A stretch of DNA of 64,000 nt from Lama glama. Its lineage: Eukaryota. Position numbers and translations under genes: made by a program. This document shows positions 26,798-40,220 of the stretch, one piece after another (position 1 is the first letter of the stretch; each line of letters opens with the position of its first letter). Location of the stretch: contig CM052817.1 of NCBI GenBank assembly GCA_028534125.1, forward strand, positions 47,804,001 through 47,868,000, in the 5' to 3' direction. The notes under the pieces are model-generated. The model had not been told where the DNA came from, ran no database searches, and worked only from the letters and a program-made list of their open reading frames with translations.

Positions 26798-27101
26798 GTA
26801 GGTGTCATTTTATTCCATATGATGTTCTTTTCTTCCTTCTATTAATGCCATTTTTTTAAATAATGGTAAAAAAAATTCAGATTCTGGAATCCATAAATGT
26901 TTCTAAAATGCCTCTTTTGTATTTTTTTAGTTGGAATAACACACATAACCACCTTTGGCGGGGGGGAATAAGTTCCTTTAGTCAGAATTCAGTTTTCTAG
27001 TTATTGAAAAAAGTCCTAATGGTCTCCTTCCGGCCATGCCTGCTCACTGCTTTCCATGGATCCTGACCATCTGATGAGATTCTCTCTCACTTGTTTTCTA
27101 G

Positions 27102-27196
27102 AGACTTCAGCTTAAACATTTATCACTTCTCACCACTGTGTCGAATAGAATCTGTTCTCAATATGCTGCTTATGGGAAGAAGAAATCAAGGCTCAG
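27102..27196 (+). CDS. GC: GC exon 6
   Basis: ttttctag|; RLQLKHLSLLTTVSNRICSQYAAYGKKKSRL(S); |GTAAAG; 95 nt. Confidence 0.97.
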
Positions 27197-28259
27197 GTAA
27201 AGATTCAGCACCATCAGCAGGTTTAGCTGTTTGTTTCTGTAGTATCTATCCATTATCTTAGGATTCTCTAAGAAAACACTTAACAATAGAAGATACAAAC
27301 CATAGTGTTATGCTCCAATAATCTTCAAAAATAGGGCCCAGTTATTTCTTTTCTCTTCACAAAATATGAACAATAAGGAACAAGAACGTTGTAAAAACAT
27401 AATTTGCCTTTAATCAACTTTTTCCCATATACTCACATGAGAAAACTGGTAGACCACTAGAAACTATTTCTTCAATATTCATATTGGCGTATATTACAAA
27501 CACACAAGCAAAAACAATTGTTTTTGTTCATCTGTTACTTTCACTGCCCACTTTTTTCTTGGGAAATGACTTCCTGAATTCTTGTTATATGTACTATATA
27601 GCACAAAGCTTCATATCTCGTATGCTTCATAAAGTTATCATAATCATTTAGCTACTCTGTAACCTTCAGTTTGATCTTTGTATGGCTATTGTTAACTTCA
27701 AACTTTAATTTTGACAGCTTCTGTTTAGCCTTCTCTCATATATCCTCAGACATCCAGATTTATATCTTTAGTATTTATAGTCTCTTTAATTCCGTTTACT
27801 CTGATCCACAAGTTTTCTCCTGTAATGGACATGAAATAATCCATTCCAGCTCCAGATCCTAAGGCTCCCCAAAGAGCAAAGAAACTTCCTTCATAAGTCC
27901 TTTAAAAATAATCTTCCATTAGAACTACTCAAATACTAAATGGTATTTTCTCTAGACCATCCCCTTTAGTTTTCCTTTTGCATTAAGAGTATTTGGTTAG
28001 TGGAGCATAGAAATTTATAGTATAAAACCACCTATAAAATGTATGTTTTAATCATAAACTTATACCTGCATTAGTGTCTGAAAGTTTCTCCAAGGAAATA
28101 TCACTGAGTGTGAACAATTGCTGCCACATTTTTTTTTAACATGAAAAACTTAAGAGACTTCCTAAATATCCCTAGAATAGAGCATGTTTAAATTATGATA
28201 CATCCATATGGGAGACTATCAGACAGTTGGCTGTAATTATATTTTAAAAGAATATTTAA

Positions 28260-30068
28260 TAAAAAACAAAACACTGCTAAAAAATCAAAAATACAATAGA
28301 AAGACATTCCATGCTCATGGATTGGAAGAATTAATATTGTTAAGATATCCATACTATCCAAAGCAATATGAATCTTATCAATATCCCAATGACACTTTTT
28401 GCCAAAATAGAAAAAGCACCCTAAAATTCACATAGAATATCAAAGGAATCCATACAGCCAAGACAATCTTAAGAAGAATAAATTTGGAAGCCTCACACTT
28501 TGATTTTGAAGCATATTACAAAGCAATAGTAACACAGATGCTGTAGTACTGGCCTAACATGATACATAGAGACCAACGGAATATATTAGAGAGCTCCAAA
28601 ACAAACCCTTATATATTTGGCCAAATTATTTTCAACAACGGTGCCAAGACTACACAAGGGAGGAAGGACAGTCTTTTCAAATGGTGCTGGGAAAAGTGGA
28701 TATGCACTTGCACAAGAATGAAGTTGAACTCTTTCTTACCTTATATGATATAGTACAGTTAACTAAAAATGGATTAAAGACCTAAGCGTAAGACCTATAA
28801 CCAGAAAACTCCTAGAAGAAAACATAGGGGGAATGTTTCAGGACACCGGATTTGGCAATTCCTTAAAAATGACACCAAAGCATAGGTAACAGCAAAAATA
28901 GACAAATAAGACCACATCAAACATAAATTTCTGCACATTAAGAAAACAATCAACCAAGTGATAAGGCAACCTATGGAATGGGAGAAGGTGTTTGCAAGTC
29001 ACATATCTAATAAGGGTTTAGTGTGTAGTATGTATAAGGGACTTCCACAACTCAACAAAAAATAACTTGATTAAAAATAATTGAATAGGAGGAGGGTATA
29101 GCTCAAGTGGTAGAGCACATGCTTAGCATGCACGAGGTCCTGGGTTCAATTCCCGGTACCTGCTCTAAAAATAAATAAAATAAATAAACCTAATTACCCC
29201 TCACCACCACCCCCCCAAAAAAATTAAAAAGAAAAAAAGAAGAAACAGAAGAAAAATAATTGAATAGACAATTCTCCATAAAAAGATACGTAAATGGCCA
29301 ACAAGCATATGGAAAGATGTTCAACATCATTAAACATAGGAGAAATGCAAATCAAAACCACAAGATACCATCTCACATGCATTAGGATGACCACTACCAA
29401 AAGAACAAAATCCTGAGTGTTGGCAAGGATATGTAGAGACTGGAATCCTTATACACTGTTGATGGGAATGCAAAATGGTGCAGCCATTATGAAGGTTCCT
29501 CAAAAGTTTACAAATAGACTCACCATATGATCCAGTTATCTCACTTCTGCATATCTATACAGAGAAATTCAAAGTAGAATCTTAAGGAGAAATTTGCACA
29601 CCCATGTTAATTGCAGCATTATTCACAATAACCAGAATAGAAACAACCTGAATATCCACTGACAGATGGATAAAGTGTGGTATATACATACATACAATAC
29701 ATACATGTATTACGTATTATGCAGCCTTAAAAAAAATCCTGTCACATGCTACAACATGGACGAACACTGAGGACATTTTGCTAAGCAAAGTAGGTAGTCA
29801 TGAAAAGACAAATACTGTATGATTTCACTCAAAAGTAATAAAAGTCACAGAAACAGACAGTAAAAAGGTAATAGCCTGCCAAGGGCTGAGGGTAAAACAG
29901 TGGGGAAGTGACAGTGTTTAATAGGTAGCGAGTTTCAGTTTTGCAAGATAAAAAATTTCTAGAGTTTTGTTACATAAAGGTGAATACACTTACCATTACT
30001 GAACTATACACTTCCAACTAGTTAAATGGCCAACTTAATGTTATATGTTTTTTGCCACAGTCTAAAAA
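28260..30068 (+). mobile_element. Older L1 (L1MA-like), decayed ORF2 3' part plus 3' UTR, in intron 6
   Basis: ORF2-like translations (NPYIFGQIIFNNGAKTTQGRKDSLFKWCWEKW); interrupted by a SINE. Confidence 0.9.
29089..29251 (+). mobile_element. vic-1-type tRNA-derived camelid SINE
   Basis: A-box TAGCTCAAGTGG, B-box GGTTCAATTCC, A-rich tail; exact 16-bp TSD AAAAATAATTGAATAG (29073-29088 / 29252-29267). Confidence 0.9.
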
Positions 30069-30586
30069 GAATGATACAAAATCTATTCCTGATATATTAA
30101 GTGAAAAAGGCAAATAATAAATACTTCAGGGAAATACACCAAAACCTTCACCCTGTGGTCTAGGGTGATAGGACTTCATTACTCCTTTTATCTGCAGTTT
30201 CTAAATGAATTTACAAAAACTTTTTTTAAAGGCTACGAGGGGCCACAAAAACACAGCACTGGCCTTATAAACAGAGACATTAGTGTTTTCTTCATTGCTG
30301 TCTTACATCTAACATCTTAAAGGCATGCTTCAACTATGTAGATCTGGCCAGAAGAGAAGTTCTATGTCAGTACCGAAAATATAAAAAGATTCACTGAGGA
30401 TGACTGAATCTTGAATAGTGACTTCTGCACAAAGGATCCATCACCTAGCACATGTGCTCTATGCAGCTGTTGAGGACAAAGAATGGTATTAAACTATGGT
30501 ATTATTCCTCTAGACTGTATGTTCATAACAAAAGCCAAGAAAACTGAGAATATGGCTAGGCTAACAATTCATGTTTAACTGTTTAG

Positions 30587-30716
30587 CCATCTCATAAAAT
30601 TTGCCCAGAAAGTGCCTACTGCAGATCTGAAGGATGTTTTGCCATTAGCTGAAGATGTTACCACAATCCTCTCCAAGTGCTGCGGCTCTGCCTCTGAGGA
30701 CTGCATGGCCAAGGAG
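30587..30716 (+). CDS. GC: GC exon 7
   Basis: gtttag|; HLIKFAQKVPTADLKDVLPLAEDVTTILSKCCGSASEDCMAKE; |GTAAGA; 130 nt. Confidence 0.97.
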
Positions 30717-31740
30717 GTAAGAAAATCATCATCATCACGGGCCACATATTGAATGGCAGGCACTCTCCTAAGCTGCCTGTCATATGCATCATCTCAGTCT
30801 TCAAACATATCCTATGAAATTTCAACATTGCTAACTCAGGTTTACATGTGAGGAAACAGCAGATCAGCAAGGATAATTTGAGGTGATACAACTAGTAAGG
30901 GACAAAGCCCACACACAAGGACAAGATTCTTATTCCTAAGACCTTACTCTACCTTCACAGCCCAATGCAGCATCCACTAGCCATACAGGGTTAAGTTTAA
31001 ATGGTAACACTAGCCACACTGCAAATGCTTAGTATTGAACAGAACAGACGGAGATCATTTCATCATCACAAAGTTCTGTTAGACAACACTGCAACTGTTA
31101 CATTATTAGAACCATCTAATGTTTTTACTATACCTGTTAAAATTAGATACTCCAGTTTTTCACCATTTTCCATTTATATAATCCTTTCAAATAGATACAA
31201 CTTTGAATTGTTACTTTACATAAAGGTCACTCCAAGTCCGTGGACCTCTTTGGAAATAGATGCTCTGTGTTACCTTGTCTTTTTCCATTAAGGATACCTG
31301 TCTGGGTCTGTAGGTGTTTTTCTATAACCTGACTTCTAATGGCCAAGTAGGATTCTACTGTATGTACCTATTGCATGTACTGCATTTGTCTATCTAAATA
31401 TACCATATTTTTATTTAGCTGGTCCTTTATATTTGATTTAGGTTGTTTCAGTCTGATATTAAGCAGTGCTGCCCTCAGTAGCCTGATAGCTAAATCTTCC
31501 CTTCACCCATAATTATTTCCTGAGAGTAAATTCCTGGAAATCAGGTTGTATACTTTAAGGCTTTTAGTACAGATTGACAAATTGCCCTCTACAAATGTTC
31601 TACCAATTTATTTATAAGAGTATTCATACTGACTTTTATAGACACCATGCCAGAGCTTATAAGCCTATGTAAGCCTTCCTTATTGTTAATTAGATCAACT
31701 GGGAAACTAACAATGCACAAACTCACAATTGCTTTTGTAG

Positions 31741-31943
31741 CTGCCTGAATACACAGTAAAAATCTGTGACAGCTTATCCACGAAGAATTCTAAATTTAAG
31801 GACTGTTGTCAAGAAAAAACACCCATGGACATTTTTGTGTGCACATATTTCATGCCAGCCGCGCCAACACCCGAGCTACCGGACGTCAAGTTGCCCACAA
31901 ACAAAGATGTGTGTGATAAAGAAAACACCGAAGTCCTGGATCA
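31741..31943 (+). CDS. GC: GC exon 8
   Basis: ttttgtag|; LPEYTVKICDSLSTKNSKFKDCCQEKTPMDIFVCTYFMPAAPTPELPDVKLPTNKDVCDKENTEVLD(Q); |GTAAGT; 203 nt. Confidence 0.98.
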
Positions 31944-32646
31944 GTAAGTACAATTGATCTAATTTGACAGTATTGGTATTCACTAACATTAAGTGACAAA
32001 GAAATTGAAATGGGAAGGAATGGTAAGCCTTTATTTTCCTCCAACTAAGAACTAAAATACACCATGGATGGCTCACACTGAGCTGCATATACTACAAGTT
32101 GTGTGCATAGTCATTGCATAAAAATATCTCAACTAACAGGCCCGAAAATCAATTATAGAATTAGCAGAATTTAGACTGAATTGGGACTGAAACTCTAATT
32201 TACATTTGTCTAAATATTCATTGTTTTTATAAGTGCATCAACAATGAGATGAGACAATGGAATAATTTACAGAAACTACTTGCACAGAAAAGCTACTTAA
32301 GGTACCTACTTGATGATTTATACAGGGTTCATTGTATTATAGTTGCACAAAGGACACTTCCATTGCATTTGAAGATTTGTTTATATATAAATACATAAAC
32401 AAATGTATATATTACTACACACAGAATTTTAATTTAGTTCAATGAACTAGTCACAGTAGCTTCAAAGCAGTAACTTGCATTTCAATGAGAAGATTGCTCT
32501 TAACTTAAAACCTGATTTGGAGTCAGTTTCAGTTAAACCTAGCTAGGTGTTCTGCTTTTGTAACAGATGTCAAATTCCAAAGCATGCCATGCATACACAA
32601 ATCTACCCATGTTAAAGAGTATTATCTCCTCTCTCTCTCACACCAG

Positions 32647-32776
32647 GTATGCATTTGAACTAAGCAGGAAGACCCACATTCCAGAAGTGTTCCTCAGTAA
32701 AATCCTTGAGCCAACCCTGAGAGGCCTGGCTGAATGCTGCAACTCTGGAGAGTCTACTGCCTGTTTAAATGAGAAG
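32647..32776 (+). CDS. GC: GC exon 9
   Basis: caccag|; YAFELSRKTHIPEVFLSKILEPTLRGLAECCNSGESTACLNEK; |GTACGA; 130 nt. Confidence 0.97.
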
Positions 32777-32817
32777 GTACGATTTGCTACATTGTCCTCA
32801 CCAGCCTCGGTAGAGAT

Positions 32818-33110
32818 CAAGGGTTGGCAAACTGTAGCTCGTGGGCCACATCTGGCCTGGTGGCTGTGATCTAAGAAAGGTCTTACATTTTTAAGTGGTC
32901 TAAAAATAATATTTCATTAGACATGAAAATTATATAGAACTCCAACTTCAGTGTTCATCAAGTTTCATTGGAACACAGCCACATCCACGGTTTACGGCCG
33001 CTTTTGTGTCATATTGGCAGTTAAGTCATTACGGCAGACTGTATATGGCTTACAAAGCCTCAGATATTTACTATCTGGTCTTGTGTAGAAAATGTTAGCC
33101 ATGATCTGAT
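32818..33110. mobile_element. MER58-like hAT-Charlie DNA transposon
   Basis: caagggttggcaaact...gggccacatctggcc start; aaagcctcagatatttactatctggtc near the end. Confidence 0.8.
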
Positions 33111-33226
33111 GTAGAGAATAATAAACACTCATATTGATACATTGCATGGAATTCTGATTTAACTGAAATCTCCCTGAACAGTGTTTCAAGAAAAATAATT
33201 GTCATGTAATTATTATTTTCTTACAG

Positions 33227-33324
33227 GGCCCTCAGTTGAAGAAGGAACTATCTTCTTTCATTGAAAAGGGGCAGGAACTATGTGCCGATTATTCAGAAAA
33301 CACATTTACTGAGTACAAGAAAAA
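33227..33324 (+). CDS. GC: GC exon 10
   Basis: cttacag|; GPQLKKELSSFIEKGQELCADYSENTFTEYKK(K); |GTAAGG; 98 nt. Confidence 0.98.
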
Positions 33325-35262
33325 GTAAGGGGCTTGTTCTGGCTGTTTCCTCCAAATTTATCAATAACAGCAGCCCAGTACTGTGATTTGAAGCATAGCT
33401 GAAGACTTAAGATGTGTTTAGTGAGCAATAAAAATAGGTGCAGTTAGGAGTTTTAAAGAACAGTCAACCTAGTATCTGTGTAAGAAAAAACTGAGTTCTT
33501 TTTGGAGGAAAATTGTCATGTGTATCAGCTGAGAGGTCAATTAGAATACAGCCACAAAATTATAAATTACCAGAGCCACAGGGACTTGATTCAAAAAAAG
33601 ATAAAATTTAAATTAGCTCATATTCAATCAACATTTTTGCCATAAAGCTATCTGTAGATGTCACTACACAGAATTGAGAAATAGAACTACTGGAAAATGT
33701 TATCTAACTTCGTGGCATATTATCGGACAAGATAACTCAAACTTTCAATCAAGTAGAGTATCACCCATCACTAGTATGTATTCTCCATAAACTGGAAATA
33801 GAAATGTAAGTAAAGTTGTACAGTAGTCATTTTTCTCAAATCAAAGAAGAACGCATTTCTTTATAAATAGGTGTTTAACACTAAAATAATAGATCATAAT
33901 AACGAAAAGTTTTACAGGCTTCCTGGAAAACATCTCTGTTGAGAAGACCCATGTCATTCCCAACTTCATTAACTAAATTTCTTAGATCCATTTCAAATCA
34001 GCTTGAACAACATAGGTCAGGTAAGCACAAACAGACCTCCACAAAAAGACTTTTCTAAAGAATCCCTAAGGTAGGAAACTTTCTTCAGTGACCCTCATGA
34101 AGCCTATCTTATCAAAGCTCTACATGAAAAATACTGTGAAAGACTTAAGTTCAGAATGGTTATTTCCCAGTGACCAGGAAATCCTATAGTTAACAGATTA
34201 TGGAGGTAGAATAGAATCATGTTAAACAGATACTGCAAGATCAAGTTCACTGCCAACAACTTTGAACTCCCGGACTGACTGGAACAACTGAGTGACAATT
34301 TATATCATCTTAATTAACACAAAAAAAAATCTACTACAGTAGAACTGACACTGTGGGTTGTGAAATTATATAGGATTGAGACTACTGAGTCCAGGTATTT
34401 GAAATCCCACACACACCCTTTTTCTCCCTGTCCTCTCGGCTCCTCCTGGTTTAACTTCTCCACCTCCCAGCTGGGATGGACTCGTTTCAATCTTGTTTTT
34501 ACAAGCGAGTTAGTCCCCCTCACTCTCTTGTCCTTCTCCAGCATCCACCTTACTAATCCCATCTCTAAATCTGGGTCTCCATCACCTCCCTTTGCCCACA
34601 CCACCGGGTTGGCAAATTTCTTGGAGAATGTCATAAAACCAGGCTGAGCTATCTGTTATGAGGGTAGAGAGTTACCAAGCTCATAGACCACTCGAACTGG
34701 GAGAGAATCAACAGAATGCAAATCCAAGCACTATCTTGGAACTGAGGTGGAGAATTAGATAATAGTAGAGCCAAAAACAGGAGCCAAAGCTTCTGACCTT
34801 GTTTGTGTTTTCCAGCATAGCTAGTTGAGAAGTAGGCTGAAACTGACAGGGAAATTGCCTAAAATATGAGAGAAGAGAACATGCATTAAGGTGACAAAGC
34901 CCTATACGGGAAATACTCTTTGAGGAGTTTGAAATCTAGAACTGGAGAGAAAATGAAAGTCAGGGAGGAGAGAAGAGGAAGTCATCCACGTTGATGGCTG
35001 TAATGGAGCGAACGAAGGGGGAAAGGCTGGAATTCAAATTCAGCAGCAGTTTGTACGTTTACTTTCATCATCTAAAGAGACAGATTTCACTTTCTAAGCT
35101 TGAATTGAGGCACTAAAAACCATGTCACTGATGGAAAATTTTCTTAAGGGCAATTTTTATTTTGATTTTTTTGTTGTAAAAAACCTGAAGTGGCTGTCAC
35201 TTTGCACTAGACATGTTTATCAAATACATCCAGTAAAACCCTATGTAAAATTGGCCTTTCAG

Positions 35263-35395
35263 ACTGGCAGAGCGATTAAGAGGAAAACTGCCTGATGCCA
35301 CAGCCACGGAACTCAAAGAGCTGGTTGACAAGCACTCAGACTTTGCCTCCAAGTGCTGTTCCATCAACTCACCTCCTCTCTACTGCGATTCAGAG
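35263..35395 (+). CDS. GC: GC exon 11
   Basis: ctttcag|; LAERLRGKLPDATATELKELVDKHSDFASKCCSINSPPLYCDSE; |GTAAGC; 133 nt. Confidence 0.98.
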
Positions 35396-38177
35396 GTAAG
35401 CAGATTTAACCCTCTGCCGATGAACGCATAGTATTGAGAACTTATACAGTCAGATTTACTCATTTCTTTGTTACTGAACTAAATGCCTGTTCCATCCCAT
35501 GGGCCAGTTTCATTGGCCTTTCCGGATGCAGTATGCGTTTTGTTCACAGGCTTCACCTGCCCCATTAGACTCCAGCAGTCATTTCATCTATTTAAAAGAG
35601 TCAAAAATGATAAGGACCACACTTCATTTCCCTTCACAGCTGATTTGGAGACATTAGTGACAATTCCAAGAACTTTGATGTCTCACACATTCTATTTCCA
35701 GAACATGGAGACTAGGTTAAGCACATGTCTATGCCAAATCAAAACAGTTTCTTCCTTTTCTCATCTCTTTCTAAAGGGCATGATATTAAGGTGTATTCCT
35801 TTTTGACTGGATTTCACTACTGCTCATTTTGTCATATGTTGGGAAAGAAGCATTTATGATCCATTTTTGACCCATCATTTTTATGTCTCTATAAAAATAA
35901 TTCAGTTACAGTGTTAAAGTTGATACTGCCTACCTGGTGATTTAATGCCAATTAGAAATCCTTTTCTATAAGGTAAAGGACTTTTTTCAAGAATTTATAT
36001 AATTTTTTGACCAGTTAAACCATAAAAGCAACAAAGCCTGGTTTCATATTATCATTTGATCATTTTTATATTCTATTTCTAGTATTATTCTATTAGAGCC
36101 CACTTGAAAATATCCAAGAACTTAAAAAAAATCACAAGAGTTTGCACTGGTAGAAACCATAAAGGTCACTTAGTGTAATTTTTCACTCAGTTAAGTCCTT
36201 CCAAGGGTCAGTCAGCCCCCATTTAAATACCAATAGTCAATTTATTTTCTCCCAGAGGAAGCCCCTTTCACTGCCCTGCTGGATGCCTGCACTTGTGAGC
36301 ACATTTTTCTGTAAATTGTATCATGATATTCCCCTCATAGTTTCTACTGAGTCTAGCCTGGCTTTCTTTAACCAACCAGAAAATGTCTTTTCTCTGTTCT
36401 CAGTAGAGGCTCTTTTATACGTGAAGTGGTTTTTTAAAAGTTAGGCGTGAAGACTTGTTTGTGTGTCATGCACACCGATTCTCTTAACATTTTAGTGAAG
36501 TTTTGTTTTGTTTTGTTTTTGTTTGTTTGTTTTTACCATCTAGTAACTAACAAAGTCTTAAATCAGCCTGACACATTGAGCTACTTCATTTGGCTTGTTT
36601 TTCTTCTTTATACCCTTGGAGATTCTGACTTCTCCTCCAATTTCTACATATATACCCTAGTCCCAGACTCAGTTACCAATCTTGTTTGTAACAATTTGTA
36701 AAGTCAGAATTCCAGATGAAAAGAGTCCAGTAGAATAAAAGCTTATTCTTTAAATTCTGCTGGGAAATAGATCATGTTCCTTTTTCACTAAAATTCAAAA
36801 CAAGATTCTAAACAAAGAATGGAAAGACTTGGATTGTTAGGATAAGTTGGTCATTATCGGGCATTAAAACGTTTGCCTAAAGCAACTAAACTAAGCAGCT
36901 CCTTCCTTTTCTACCAGCTGGCTTTTGGTAATACAATAGCTGAATTTAGGTCGCTTTTCCCAGGAGAGGGGGGGGAATCACCTTACCTAGAAGGCATTTG
37001 CTACCAGCAGAATTTGCTCTGAGGGTCTCATTCAGTCATTAAGGGGGGAAAAAATCCTAAATACTTTTTTACATTGTCAAAAATACCACTTTTGTAATCT
37101 GCCCCAGTCCTTTTATCTGTTCATCTACATACATACTTTCTTCTTTGACCTTTTGCAAAACAAACTGAGCTTTATGCATGAAAAAACATGCTTCCTTCAA
37201 GTGTCTTGCTTTTCATTTTTTTATTTGCTTTTCAGTATATTTTTCATTATAACATGCCATTTTCAAACTTTATTTTCAACAAGGATGAGAAGGCAGTTTT
37301 GTAATATTCTGTTTTCTTGCTTTATAACCAGTAAATTTATAGCAGTGCTGCTCCTGAGCAGCCAAACTTTCAGTAATTGCTAAAGAGAGATGAATGGAGT
37401 TGAGATACCCATGAACACTGAATTATTTAGAGCCCTCAGAGGGTAGACCCTCTGCTGTTCTTTAGCCTTTTTGATCATCTTTCTGCATTAATCTTATAAT
37501 GAGGTAAGCGAGCTCACCTGTGCTTTCTGATTTCAGGTGAGAGCAAAATCTGTTAAAACAGCTTTCACTTTAATTCTCAATGTTTAGTGTAAATATTTGT
37601 TCCATTTACCCTATAATTTGGGTTATAATTTATTATTAAATCTCCTTGTCCTATATTTGCTTGACAATTTTGTTCCGTAAAAGTAATGCCCATCCGCTGC
37701 ATTCACCCTGAGTCATTTATATCCCGGGATCCCTCTGTCTGCCCTTCTACACAGACTTGGCACCGTCGCTAAAAGAGACACAGAAGGGGTCTCTGAACTG
37801 CACTAGATTAGCGTTTCCTCATGTGGCAATCTACCCCAGCTACCCAAACCCTTACATTGAAATGACCAGGAAGTAGAACAATTAGTGTAATTTTCTTTTG
37901 ACTTTCCCATGTCCCTCAGCACCGGTTCATTTTTTTTTTTTTTATTCCAAAGGGGCCCACTGACTGCAGAAAAACTTACAGTTGCAAAATTAGACTTGAT
38001 TTTCTTTTTCCTCTCTATCATTCAGACAGAGCAGCCCTATTCATTCTTCTGAAAACTCATCACTATGCTGTCCCTAAGACGTCGAACAGAGTGCCAGTGG
38101 GCATCAATTAGGATTTCCCAGACGTTTCAGAAAGCCACTGTTATATGCCGGAGTTGATGATTAAAATTTAAAAAACA

Positions 38178-38265
38178 GTATGTGTACATATGCTTGACTA
38201 GGGCATTGTGCTGTACACCAGGAAACTGACACATTGTAATTGACTATATTTTAATTTAAAAAAAA
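38178..38265 (+). mobile_element. Very short L1 3' end
   Basis: cattgtgctgtacaccaggaaactgacacattgtaa followed by an A-tail. Confidence 0.75.
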
Positions 38266-38879
38266 TCAAAAACACTCAAATGCCAAGAGCCAAGAGAAGC
38301 GGGGCAAAGAGGAGATGGACTCTTCCTCCCTTTCCCCCTCCCCCTTCTCTCTCATACTTCAGGAAAAAAACTTGGTTAGGTCTCCCAGTATAAGTAAATT
38401 TTATGATTCTGAATGTCATAGCTAGAATTTATTAAGCTATTACTACTTGTAAAGCAGAATATTAATAGCTTTATATATATGTATTCATGAAATGGTTGAG
38501 AACAATTCTAAATGTTAGGTACCATTTTAATTCCCCTCTTGTGAGCAGCTTGAATGAGATGTGCAGGGGTTGTATGTTAGGAAAATCCTAAATTGATTTC
38601 ATATGAGTCTGTTACTGTCACTACATGTCATTGTCATAGACTTCGACTCTAATTTAGCTAATAATGATAAAAGCAAATTACTGATACCAGAAGACTATAA
38701 TTCTTGATTGAATATCCAAAATTGTTATTAAAATAGCAAAAGTGATACCAGGTCAGTAATACCACTCTGAATTCAATTCATCTCACTTCCTTGGAATCTT
38801 CTTTCATTAGTTATACTTTTTCTTTTAAATAGTTCTGTCTAATTTAAAGTTACTTATCTCCTGATCTTAAGAAAATAAG

Positions 38880-40220
38880 GTACTTTAGACACTACTGCCT
38901 AGTTATTTTTCCTTCTCCTCACCTTACAGCCAAGATTCTTGAGAAAATAGTATATAATTCATTCTTCACACCTCCTGTTAATTCTCCTACCCTTTGCAGT
39001 ATGGCTTCAGATGGTACCAAACTACCAATGACAAAGTCACACTGAAATCTTCTTGCTAACACTAATAAACATTTTTCAGTCCTTATCTTACCAGCTTTCT
39101 CTATAAAACATTTGATACCCATAATTCTTTCTCCTTGAAAGAACTTTTCAACATCTGTACTATCATAGTTTACCTTTTGTCCACGATTCTCTCCTTCTCC
39201 ATTCTCTTCAGTATTGTCTTCTTTTACCTATCCATTAAATTTCTACACTGTCCAGAGTTTTTCCTTTGGTCTTCACTTTCCAAGACATAACATTTTCCCC
39301 GAGTGTTCAAGAATCCATGGACATGCGTTTAATCTTCAAATCTCTACCTCCAGTCAGGATCTCTCCCCTCAGCACCAAGACTTGTATCCCATTGTCCATG
39401 GGCTCTCTCGTCCCACAAGAAATTTGATCTCAACATGCCCAACGTTTTCCCCTTAAAACCTCCTGTTTTATTTCCTAAATTTATAAATGTCATCACCATT
39501 CACCCATTATCCAAAATGGAAGCAGTGATCTTTGATTTCTTCTTCTTTTCTGTATACACTCAACTAAATTCCAAACCCTCTCAATTCTAACTCCTTTATC
39601 TCTCTCAGCAGATATCTTCTTCTACGTTGTCAGTAATTAAATTTAGGCAATCGTTAACCTGGATTACAACCCAGTTGGTCTCCCATCTCCAGCTTTCCCC
39701 AATGCCTCACACCCAGTCCCATCTCTATCCTGTGGTCAAAATAACCTTTGTAAAGCACAAAATGGTTAATACATTCTAATTGGCCTCCACTGCTTCTAAA
39801 TTGAAGTCCAATTTTTTTTTTTTTAATCAGAAGCATTTGGACCCTGGGTTTGCTCTCCAACCTGATCATTACTTCTTGCTCTTACTGCTTTGGTTCTCCA
39901 GAACCACCTGCAGTTTTTCAAGTCTATTAACCTTGCTCTTACCTCAAGGCTTTTGCATATAATGACTCATCCCAGGTTGCCCTATTTGCGCTCTGTAACC
40001 TGGCTAAACCTTTCATCAAGCTTTAGGATTCAATGTTGACATCACCTTGTCTGAGATTCCTTCCCTGGCACTCAACCCCATCTGTTATTCCTTAACATTC
40101 TGTGCACACCCAATTATTGGCACTTATTAACTTTGTCATTTTTTCCTTGTCTGTTTTTCCTGGACAACCATAAACTCAAGGGCAGGGACAGTATAAAACA
40201 ATAAATGTGCAGGGTGGTCA
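38880..40220 (+). mobile_element. Decayed L2 LINE fragments
   Basis: Pyrimidine-rich L2-like motifs (ctggattacaa...ggtctccc; cctcaaggcttttgca; gggcagggac); limits approximate. Confidence 0.55.

Noticed and set aside
29089..29165. tRNA-Ala-like sequence (also at about 40995-41067 and 48531-48605)
   Set aside because: Has TSDs and/or A-rich tails and a shared non-tRNA 3' part, so these are SINE heads, not tRNA genes
30575..32820. Minus-strand ORFs 30575-30763 and 32638-32820
   Set aside because: Antisense shadows of GC exons 7 and 9
24575..32869. Track ORFs 24575-24823, 26615-26845 and 32567-32869 as separate genes
   Set aside because: They are GC exons 3, 5 and 9 read through into flanking intron
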